A program made the translations under genes and the position numbers. Positions 53,481 through 61,836 of a DNA stretch of 64,000 nucleotides are shown here, one piece after another. The stretch is from Anaerolineae bacterium (GTDB lineage: Bacteria; Chloroflexota; Anaerolineae; JAFGEY01). Positions within the stretch are counted from its first letter, which is position 1. Every line of letters starts with the position of its first letter. The notes beneath the pieces were generated by a model. The model was not told the origin of the DNA and ran no database searches. It saw only the letters and a program-made list of their open reading frames with translations. The stretch covers positions 1,399 to 65,398 of the forward strand of contig JADHXD010000005.1 in assembly GCA_016783145.1 (NCBI GenBank), given 5' to 3'.

Positions 53481-54479
53481 TTGGAGAACAGAAAGCTGGG
53501 GCGATCGGACATTGAGGTCTCTGTTCTAGCGCTCGGGTGCTGGCCGCTTGGGGGCGGCACGGGGTGGGGGGACGAGGACGAAAGAGAGTCCATCGCCACC
53601 ATCCACGCGGCTCTCGACCATGGCATCAACTTCTTTGACACTGCCGAGGCATACAATGACGGGCGCAGCGAGGAAATCGTCGGCAAGGCACTTGCCGACC
53701 GGAGGGACCGGGCGGTGATCGGCACCAAGATCGGGCCTTCTTACACCGAGCCCTCTGTGCTGCGTCAGTACTGCGAGGCCAGCCTGAGCCGTTTGCAGAC
53801 CGACTACATCGACCTGTACATGGTCCACTGGCCGATCACCACCCATTCTGTCGCAGACTCGTTTGCTGTGCTGGATGATCTCCAGCGGGAGGGCAAGATC
53901 CGTGCCATCGGGATCAGCAATTTCGGTGTTCGGCAGCTCACGGAAGCACTGCAGACCGGGGTGCAGTTGGATGCCAACCAACTGTGCTACAGCTTGCTCT
54001 CCAGGGCAATCGAGTTCGAGATCCTGCCGATGTGCCAGGAACACTGCATCAGCGTGACCGCCTATATGCCTCTGATGCAGGGGCTATTGGCAGACAAGTA
54101 CCGCACGATCGACGAGGTGCCTCCTTTCCGCGCGCGCACGCGTCATTTCAGCGGGGATCGCCCGGGCGCCCGCCATGGAGGGCCTGGGGCTGAGGTGGAA
54201 GTCTTTGCCGCTCTCGATGCCGTGCGATCCATTGCCCAAGAACTGGGTGAACCGATGGCCAATGTCGCTCTGGCCTGGTTGATGTCCAAACCAGGCGTCA
54301 CCAGCGTGCTGGCTGGTGCACGCAGGCCTGACCAGATCGAGCGGAACGTGAAGGTGACGTCGCTGGTGCTTGAGAGCGAGGTCATCGAACGACTGGATCA
54401 AGTGACCGACGCGCTGAAACAGGTGCTCGGCTCCAATGCGGATTACTGGCAGGAAGGCGAGAACTCGAGGTCGCGCTGA
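53481..54479 (+). CDS. aldo/keto reductase
   Basis: LENRKLGRSDIEVSVLALGCW, FFDTAEAYNDGRSEE, DLYMVHWP, IGISNF. TTG start 6 nt after AGGAGG (the longest ORF starts at 53451). Confidence 0.85.
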   Translation: MENRKLGRSDIEVSVLALGCWPLGGGTGWGDEDERESIATIHAALDHGINFFDTAEAYNDGRSEEIVGKALADRRDRAVIGTKIGPSYTEPSVLRQYCEASLSRLQTDYIDLYMVHWPITTHSVADSFAVLDDLQREGKIRAIGISNFGVRQLTEALQTGVQLDANQLCYSLLSRAIEFEILPMCQEHCISVTAYMPLMQGLLADKYRTIDEVPPFRARTRHFSGDRPGARHGGPGAEVEVFAALDAVRSIAQELGEPMANVALAWLMSKPGVTSVLAGARRPDQIERNVKVTSLVLESEVIERLDQVTDALKQVLGSNADYWQEGENSRSR

Positions 54480-54673
54480 ACCCCACGCAGACGGTGGAGA
54501 GAGTCACTCAGGTCTTGTCGCACAGCCAATGTGTCATGTGATACTTGCCCCTCGCTCGGAGGACAGCCCTCAAGACTGATCTCGAGGAGCGAGGGGCGTT
54601 TCTCTCCTCGAATCGGCGGCTGAGGGCGGCACTCACGTTTTTCGCTTTCTACACCTCCGCAAGGTGCAAACCT

Positions 54674-55279
54674 ATGCCGGCCAGTGACATAGATCGGCTG
54701 CAGCGAAGCTTTTACGCTCGCAACACGCTCACGGTAGCCCGAGAGATGCTGGGGCAACGCCTCGTCCGGAAGTTGGGCGCACACCGTATCGCGGGGCGCA
54801 TCGTTGAGGTGGAAGCCTATGTCGGCGAGGGAGACACGGCGTGTCATGCCGCCCGTGGTCGTACGGCACGAAACGCAGTGATGTTCGGGCCGGCAGGGCA
54901 TGCCTATGTTTACTTTATCTATGGGATGCACCACTGTTTCAACGTGGTCACGGAGCAAGAGGGCTACGCGGCAGCGGTGCTGGTGCGGGCTCTGGAACCC
55001 CTCGAAGGGCTTGGCTCTATGCGGCGGCATCGCGGGGGCCGGGACGGCGTTGAGCTGACCAATGGCCCGGCAAAGCTGTGCTCTGCCCTCGCCATTGACC
55101 GGGCCCTGAACGGCGCTGACCTCGTCACGAGCGAGGAGGCATGGCTTGAGCGAGACGCGCTGGTGGGGGAAAGCGACATCGCAGAGGGCCCTCGCATCGG
55201 TGTGCACGGCGACGAGCGGGCGCAGACCGTCCCGTGGCGATTCTGGGTGGCGGGCAACCCGTATGTATCTGGGCGGTAA
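54674..55279 (+). CDS. mpg: DNA-3-methyladenine glycosylase (Mpg/AAG family)
   Basis: FYARNTLTVAREMLGQRLV, IVEVEAYVGEGDTACHAARGRTARNAVMFGPAGHAYVYFIYGMHHCFNVV. Confidence 0.8.
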   Translation: MPASDIDRLQRSFYARNTLTVAREMLGQRLVRKLGAHRIAGRIVEVEAYVGEGDTACHAARGRTARNAVMFGPAGHAYVYFIYGMHHCFNVVTEQEGYAAAVLVRALEPLEGLGSMRRHRGGRDGVELTNGPAKLCSALAIDRALNGADLVTSEEAWLERDALVGESDIAEGPRIGVHGDERAQTVPWRFWVAGNPYVSGR

Positions 55280-55518
55280 GAGCCACAAGATGAGGCTCTG
55301 ACTGCGAGAGCGTCAGGCGAGGGTCTTGCTCCTGGGCGTGATGCCTGCTCTCCACTCATCGCCCTTGACACTTCCAGAGGAATTGTATACACTTAGAATA
55401 GGCGGGTTCACTGCAGGAGAGCGGCGACCACCGCCAAGTGTAGTGTGCCCCATTAGGCCTGACGGTGGGCTGAATGCTTGCTCCAGCGCTCTTATGAGTT
55501 CGTGGAAGTAGAGCAAGA

Positions 55519-58500
55519 ATGCACGATTCCAGCAACCCCTATGTGATAGATCTTTCCTTGCGCGCGCAGGCAGCCTACTTTGGCCGGCAGGACATCCTGG
55601 ACTGGGCAGCGCAGGAATTGGGGGATCCCGGCAACTGCTCCCTGGTCCTATATGGACAGCGTCGAATCGGCAAGACAAGCCTTCTCTTGCAGCTTCAGCG
55701 CACGCTGTTGTCCGATGGATTCTTGCCCGTCTACTTTGACTTGCAGGACGCAGGCAGCCTTTCCTTGGGGCAGGTACTGGCCGATCTGGCCGCGCAGGTT
55801 GCCGAACAAGTGGGAGTGGAGCCTCCCTCACAAAGCTCCTTCGACGACCAAGGACAGTTCTTTCGCCATACGTTTCTGCCGGGCCTCTATGAGACGCTAG
55901 AGAATGGTCGCCGTCCCGTCTTTCTCCTGGATGAATTCGGCGCGCTCGCCCAGACATCCGAGACAGCCATACACGAGCGTGCGGCCCTCAGCACTCTCCT
56001 TCCCTACCTGCGAGATCTGATGGATGCGGATACCCGGCCGGCATTTGTCTTTGCGACCGGTCGGCACGCAGACGATCTACTTGAGGACTATGAAGCTGCG
56101 TTCAAGACCTCGTTGGTGCGGCAGGTCTCAATGCTGGACAGCGACAGCGCGACAGCACTGGTGCACCAGGCAGAGACGGAAGGCACGCTGCGTTTCGATG
56201 AGCGGGCTGTGGCGCGCATCCTGGGCCTCACAAACTGCCATCCCTATTTCATCCAGCTTTTCTGCAACTGCCTGTGGGAAGGGGCGCATAGGGGAGACCC
56301 TGATCAGCCGCCGCTTGTGAGCGCCCCGGAAGTAGATGCGGTGGTCCCCGATGTACTGTCCGCGGCGGAGGACGCGTTCACTTGGTTCTGGGATGGCTTG
56401 AGCCCTGCGGAAAAGGTCTACGCTGCTGCGTTGGCTCAGGTAGCTGCGAGAGAGGGGGATGCCGCATCGGAGGATCGTGTCAGGCATATGCTTGGTGCCC
56501 ACGCTGCGCGCCTAGATACACCCGCGATCCAGCCCGCCCCACGCCATCTCGAACAGCGCGGCGTGCTAGAAGCAGTCCAGGAGCGAGAACACCGATTTGT
56601 GGTGGAGCTTTTGCGTCTCTGGCTGCGCGAGCATATGCCCCTGCAAGAGGTCGAAGACGAGCTGGATCGCATAGAGCCTGAGGCGGAACGTCTGTTCCTT
56701 GCCGGACAAAGCGCTTTCCAGCAGGGGGAATGGGAGGCGAGTGCCGATCAGTTCCGTCGGGCTCTGGAGTGTAATCCCCGCCATTTCCGTGCCCGACTCT
56801 GCCTGGGTGAGGCGCTGCTAGAGTTGGGTGAGGTCGAGCAAGCGGTCGCCGAGCTGGATCGGGCCTACCAGATGGATACGCAGAGAAGCCGAGATCCTCT
56901 GATCAGAGCCTTGCGGGATCAGATGGCAGAGCGACAGCGAGCAGGTGATGAGGACGGCTTGTTGGCGGTCTGTGAACGCGTGCTCGGGATCTTTCCTGAC
57001 GAGGCGATGGCGCAAGAGGCGCGTACTGCCATCTGGACGCGGCGTGGCGACGCTGCCCTGGCTCAGGGCGCTCTGGAAGAAGCGCTGGCAGCTTATCGAC
57101 AGATCGGGGCTCAGGGATGGGAGGATGCGATCGCGTTCATCCAGAGCGCGCTCGACCAGGACCCGGACCGCTTTCACACCCGCTTGCATCTGGGAGAGGT
57201 GTTGCTGGAACTGGGTCGGCCAGAAGCGGCAGTGGCAGAGCTCGATCGCGCCTATGAATTGTATCCCGATGAGGCGCAGTCTCTGCTGACCAGTGGATTG
57301 ATCGCCTGGGCGAAGGTGCAAGAGCAGGGGGGAGACCAGCAAGGGGCGCTGGCTACCTGCGAGCGAGCGCTCAAGATCTCACCACGCGAGCGTCTGGCAC
57401 GGGAGATGTACACCCGCATCTGGATCCAGCGTGGCGATGCCGAGATGGAGCGGGATGCCCCATACATGGCCCTGGCAGCCTATCAGCGGGCTGGGGCTGA
57501 GGACTGGCGAGACGCCATCACTTTTGTTCGGCGCGCACTGGAGAGAAACCCTGGCCTGTTCCACACCCGTCTGCACCTGGGACAGGTGCTGCTGGAACTG
57601 GGCCGCTTGGACGAAGCTGTGGCCGAGCTGGAGCATGCTTACGAACTGAACCCAGATGAGGGACGATTCCCTCTCGCTCGTGCGCTGGTAGCTTGGGCGA
57701 AGGTGAAAAAGGATGCAGGAGAGGAGGAGGGCGCGCTGCTGGCGTGCGAGCGCGCCACTGAGCTCTCTCCGAACGAACGAGATGCCCGAGCGTTGCAGAC
57801 GGCCATCTGGATCCGACGTGGCGATGCCGCGCTCAGGCAAGACAAGCTGGATATCGCGCTCGCCGCCTACCAGCTTGCTGGCGATGACCTCAAGATCGCA
57901 GAAGTCGAAAGTCATAGGCGCAGAAGGGACTATGAGACGCTGGAGCGAGAGGCCGTCGCGTACGAGCAGGCCAGGCAGTGGGCGCGGGCGGCCGAGATCT
58001 ACCAGCGGCTGTTGGCCGAAACGGATGATGATCAGCTCCAAGACAAGTGGCGGATCGCGCTGCAACGGGTCAGGGGCGAATCTTCCAGGACAGAGCTGGA
58101 AGGCTGGTCCTCTGGCCATACCCTGGATGTCCGATACAGGATCCTCAAGCAGCTTGCGATCACGACTCGAAGCGAGATCTATCTGGCTGAAGAGCTTCAG
58201 CCTCCGTATCACACGGTGGTGGTCAAACGTCTGAAACCGGAGAAGCTTCTCGACCAGGAGATGTGCAAGCGGTTTGAGCGAGAGATCATTGCCCTGCGGC
58301 AGATCCGGCACCAGTCCGCATTGTTTATCTATGATAGCAAGACGATCGGTCAAGACCGCTACTTTGTGGCCGAATACGCCGACAAGGGAACCCTCAAGGA
58401 GTACCTGTCCGCAAGACGTGGTCACAAGCTCAGCCCCATCGAAGCGCTTGAGATCGCGCTGTCTGTGTGCCAGGGGCTTGAGGAGGCGCATCGGCAAGGG

Positions 58501-60423
58501 ATCATCCATCGCGATGTGAAGCCAGGGAACATCTTTCTGTCCTCTCAGCGGGACGGCAGCATCTTGGCCAAGCTTGCGGACTTTAGCATTGCCCGTGTCC
58601 CGTTGGAACTGCGGGAAGAGGCCCTCACCGAGTCTGGTTCGTTCATGGGTACGCTTCCGTATGCGTCGCTGGAGCAGATCAATGGCGAAGTGGCCGATCC
58701 ACAGTCGGACCTGTACTCGTGGGCGGTGGTGTTCTTTCAGATGCTGACAGGTGAGTCGCCGACAGATTCGCTCAAAGATCCTTTGAACTATCATCCCACC
58801 TCGAGCGAATACCCAGCGTCCTTTTTTGCTGAGAGGGGTGTGCCGTCGCGACTCATCGAAGTGGTGCAAAAGAACTTGCAGCGTGACCGAGCCTCTCGGT
58901 ACCAGTCTGCGACACAAGTGCGAGAGGCTTTGGAAGCGATCCGCTCCCAGATCGTGACCGATATCGAGCATCGCTTGAGTGACGGAGAGGCTCATATTCG
59001 CGCTCTCGACTGGCAGGCGGCCGACGCAGAGTTCGAGCAGGGCTTGGCACTGTGCTCCTGGTATGGCCGGCCTCGCAAGCTGCGCAGTCCAGTCGGCACG
59101 CTGATGGACCGGCTAAGGATGGGGCATTTGTGCGCTCAGGGAATGATGCACATGGGCCAGCATCGTTGGGAGGCGGCGAACGAGGCCCTGGAGCCCCTGC
59201 GAACGCTCAGTCCAAACTACATGGATATGGACATCGCCGCTCAGCTGAGGCTTGCACAGTCAGAGCATCGATTTGGGCAAAAGTACCAGCTTCTCCTGCA
59301 ACACCGGAGACAGGAGAACTGGGCTGAGATCGTCCGGATGGCGGGGGATCTCTCCACCACGCAGGTGAACAGACCCGCCAGCCAAGTGATTGACGACATA
59401 CGAGAACTCGCCCTCTATGCCGAAGGCAGGCAGCTTTTGGCCGACAACGAGCTGGAAAGGGCCTACCAGCACTTCTATCGGCTCTACGAGCGAGATCCCG
59501 AGTACGAGGACGTCGCCGATCTGTGCACAATGGCGGCCTATCAAAATGCCATGCGTCAGGACATTCCCACGACCAACGAACACCGCGTGAACTGGCTGGA
59601 AAAGGTCATCGAGATCGATCCGGACAACAGAGAAGGCCGTACCCGCCAGCAGTTGGACCGGGCACGGCGTCGCTGGGCTGAGGAGCTGCTTGAGGAAGAC
59701 CAAGCAGCGGGGATCGCTCAGCTTGAAAGAATCTCCCTCGACTACAGCCAGCGGACGGAAGTGTATCAGTCGCTGGTCAACAGCTACTACCAGCTCCTAC
59801 GGGAAGGTCGCCCTACCAGTGCCAGAGGGAAGAATCCGGATGCCGAGGCAGAGGCCCGGTATCGTCTGGCGGTTGAGCGACGAGGGAGAGGAGAGCTGGA
59901 GAGCGCGGCCGAGTTGCTGGCGGCGATTGATCCGCAGGCCAAGGAGTTCCAACGCGCTCAGTGGGACCTGGTACAGATTTATATCACGCTGGGGCGTCGG
60001 GGACACCAGAATTCGCAGCCGCGGGAAGCCGCAGAGTGGTGGCACAGGGCGCTTAGCATCTCAAAGCAGCTTGGCGAAGCGCAGTGGACCGAAGTGCACC
60101 AAGCTCTGGTCGACGAGTACTACCAACTCTTGCAGGAAGGTAGCTATGCGACCAGCGAATGGGCAGATCTGGACGCAGAATCAGAGGCTCGCTACCGGCT
60201 GGGCAAGGAGCTATGGAGCGCAGGCGACCTGAGAGGCGCCGTCGAGCAGCTGACGGCGATCCAGCCCCAGACGCAAGAATTCGCGGCCGCCCAGCGCGAT
60301 CTGGTCAGACTATACGATGAGTGGGGGAATCAGGCATTCAAAAGGCTGCGCTTTGTAAAGGCCATCGGGCGGTGGTTCAAAGGGGAGGGGATCGCGAACA
60401 GGCTGAAAGGGGCCCATTTGTGA
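55519..60423 (+). CDS. giant signalling protein: STAND/AAA (Arch_ATPase-like) NTPase + TPR array + Ser/Thr protein kinase domain + C-terminal helical repeats
   Basis: Walker A LYGQRRIGKTSLL, Walker B VFLLDEF. There are 3 x ~128-aa TPR-containing repeats (aa ~412-790). The kinase core has VVVKRL, HRDVKPGNIF, LADFS and GTLPYASLEQ (aa ~868-1140). Two ~110-aa helical repeats lie at the C-terminus. Confidence 0.8.
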   Translation: MHDSSNPYVIDLSLRAQAAYFGRQDILDWAAQELGDPGNCSLVLYGQRRIGKTSLLLQLQRTLLSDGFLPVYFDLQDAGSLSLGQVLADLAAQVAEQVGVEPPSQSSFDDQGQFFRHTFLPGLYETLENGRRPVFLLDEFGALAQTSETAIHERAALSTLLPYLRDLMDADTRPAFVFATGRHADDLLEDYEAAFKTSLVRQVSMLDSDSATALVHQAETEGTLRFDERAVARILGLTNCHPYFIQLFCNCLWEGAHRGDPDQPPLVSAPEVDAVVPDVLSAAEDAFTWFWDGLSPAEKVYAAALAQVAAREGDAASEDRVRHMLGAHAARLDTPAIQPAPRHLEQRGVLEAVQEREHRFVVELLRLWLREHMPLQEVEDELDRIEPEAERLFLAGQSAFQQGEWEASADQFRRALECNPRHFRARLCLGEALLELGEVEQAVAELDRAYQMDTQRSRDPLIRALRDQMAERQRAGDEDGLLAVCERVLGIFPDEAMAQEARTAIWTRRGDAALAQGALEEALAAYRQIGAQGWEDAIAFIQSALDQDPDRFHTRLHLGEVLLELGRPEAAVAELDRAYELYPDEAQSLLTSGLIAWAKVQEQGGDQQGALATCERALKISPRERLAREMYTRIWIQRGDAEMERDAPYMALAAYQRAGAEDWRDAITFVRRALERNPGLFHTRLHLGQVLLELGRLDEAVAELEHAYELNPDEGRFPLARALVAWAKVKKDAGEEEGALLACERATELSPNERDARALQTAIWIRRGDAALRQDKLDIALAAYQLAGDDLKIAEVESHRRRRDYETLEREAVAYEQARQWARAAEIYQRLLAETDDDQLQDKWRIALQRVRGESSRTELEGWSSGHTLDVRYRILKQLAITTRSEIYLAEELQPPYHTVVVKRLKPEKLLDQEMCKRFEREIIALRQIRHQSALFIYDSKTIGQDRYFVAEYADKGTLKEYLSARRGHKLSPIEALEIALSVCQGLEEAHRQGIIHRDVKPGNIFLSSQRDGSILAKLADFSIARVPLELREEALTESGSFMGTLPYASLEQINGEVADPQSDLYSWAVVFFQMLTGESPTDSLKDPLNYHPTSSEYPASFFAERGVPSRLIEVVQKNLQRDRASRYQSATQVREALEAIRSQIVTDIEHRLSDGEAHIRALDWQAADAEFEQGLALCSWYGRPRKLRSPVGTLMDRLRMGHLCAQGMMHMGQHRWEAANEALEPLRTLSPNYMDMDIAAQLRLAQSEHRFGQKYQLLLQHRRQENWAEIVRMAGDLSTTQVNRPASQVIDDIRELALYAEGRQLLADNELERAYQHFYRLYERDPEYEDVADLCTMAAYQNAMRQDIPTTNEHRVNWLEKVIEIDPDNREGRTRQQLDRARRRWAEELLEEDQAAGIAQLERISLDYSQRTEVYQSLVNSYYQLLREGRPTSARGKNPDAEAEARYRLAVERRGRGELESAAELLAAIDPQAKEFQRAQWDLVQIYITLGRRGHQNSQPREAAEWWHRALSISKQLGEAQWTEVHQALVDEYYQLLQEGSYATSEWADLDAESEARYRLGKELWSAGDLRGAVEQLTAIQPQTQEFAAAQRDLVRLYDEWGNQAFKRLRFVKAIGRWFKGEGIANRLKGAHL
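56752..57886 (+). repeat. three tandem ~384-bp intragenic repeats (TPR super-repeats)
   Basis: The protein repeats begin ALECNPRHFRARLCLGEALLELG, ALDQDPDRFHTRLHLGEVLLELG and ALERNPGLFHTRLHLGQVLLELG. By eye the DNA copies are clearly similar but diverged. Confidence 0.7.
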
Positions 60424-61751
60424 CGTTTCGCCTCAAGATCGTCGGAACCATGCTGCTCATATTCCTGATGGTGATGCTGGTCATCGTGGGGACGTCGTTC
60501 AGCGTGCGATTTGTCCGGAGAGGTCTCCGATCAGGACCATCGACACCATCGACGAGTTCCATGACACCCGCCGCGTCTGCCGTGACCGTGATGACTCGCA
60601 CACCCTCTCCTGTCCCATCGCCGACCCCGACCGCCCAACCGCCGACGCCCACCGTCACGCCCGTCCCGATGCTGACCCCCACGAGTACGGCAACTGCCAC
60701 GGCGACGCGCACGAGCCTGCCGACGCCCACACAGACGTCGACCCCCACGTCTCTTGCTACGCCGTCGCCTGCCGTTGCGGGGTCTGACTTGGTCATCACG
60801 CACGTCGCCGCAGACTCGATCACCTACCCAGGTGCAGTCGTGACCTATACGCTGGTCATCAGCAACGTGGGCGAACGTGGCGCTGCCGGGGTGAGACTCA
60901 CTGACACGTTGCCTGCGCACACTGCGTTTGTCTACGCTTCTGATGAAGGTGCAGGGACCACCTCTGAGCACGGTGTCGTGGTCTGGCCTCCTTTCTCTCT
61001 GGCTGTTGGCGATGCGACTACGCGCACTGCTGCGATCAGGGTGGACTGGCCACTTCCACGGGATGTTGGCGCGCTCACCAACGCTGCCACCGTGGTCGAC
61101 GGCGATGCGAACGGCCCCGACCCAACGCCCGGCGACAACACACACCGGCACACCGTATGTGTGCGTAATCCTCCGCCAGCCTGGCAGGTCTACGTTGTCC
61201 AAAAGAGGGACACGCTCTTTTCGCTGGCTCAGCGCTACGGCACAACGATGGAGGCCATTACCTCGTACAACTGCCTCCAGAGTACGTGGCTAGGAGAAGG
61301 CCAGAGGATCTATGTGTCTCCAGAGATCGCGCTGACGCGCCCTTCCGGGCTGGACTCGCCAACGCTTCGCGGCCCGCCTGACGACACATCGTTCACCGGC
61401 TGGAGCGCTGACGTAGTGTTTGAGTGGTCGGCGGCCAGGTGGCCCCTGGAGGCAGCCGAGTACTATGTGCTGGTCATCGAGCACCAGGGCGGGACCAGTC
61501 TGGTGTGGACCAAGACACCCCGGGTCGACAACCAGCGCTGGCTCTCTGGCATGGGACCACAGATCCGTTGGCAGGTTGTGATCGCTCGCGCACAGACCGA
61601 GGATCCTACCGAGGTACAGGAAGACCCAACGGGGAAGGAGATCAGCGGGTACAGCGAGATGGGCCTTTTCTACTGGCACCCAGGTTCGGATGGACCAGGT
61701 ACTGAGCCCAAGCCGACGGTCGATCCCTGGAGGCAGACGCCCGATCCCTAG
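60420..61751 (+). CDS. single-pass membrane protein with Pro/Thr-rich stalk, DUF11 repeat, LysM domain and unknown C-terminal domain
   Basis: The GTG start overlaps the TGA of the kinase gene (GTGA); an alternative ATG lies at 60450. TM helix MLLIFLMVMLVIVG. DUF11-like LVITHVAADSITYPGAVVTYTLVISNVGERGAAGVRLTDTLPAHTAF. LysM YVVQKRDTLFSLAQRYGTTMEAITSYN. Confidence 0.6.
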   Translation: MTFRLKIVGTMLLIFLMVMLVIVGTSFSVRFVRRGLRSGPSTPSTSSMTPAASAVTVMTRTPSPVPSPTPTAQPPTPTVTPVPMLTPTSTATATATRTSLPTPTQTSTPTSLATPSPAVAGSDLVITHVAADSITYPGAVVTYTLVISNVGERGAAGVRLTDTLPAHTAFVYASDEGAGTTSEHGVVVWPPFSLAVGDATTRTAAIRVDWPLPRDVGALTNAATVVDGDANGPDPTPGDNTHRHTVCVRNPPPAWQVYVVQKRDTLFSLAQRYGTTMEAITSYNCLQSTWLGEGQRIYVSPEIALTRPSGLDSPTLRGPPDDTSFTGWSADVVFEWSAARWPLEAAEYYVLVIEHQGGTSLVWTKTPRVDNQRWLSGMGPQIRWQVVIARAQTEDPTEVQEDPTGKEISGYSEMGLFYWHPGSDGPGTEPKPTVDPWRQTPDP

Positions 61752-61836
61752 ACAGTCGTCCAGCCATCGGCCTCAGATGCGAGATCCCAAAGCCCAGCCG
61801 CTATAGCGGCTGGGCTTTGGCTTGTACCGGGTGTGG

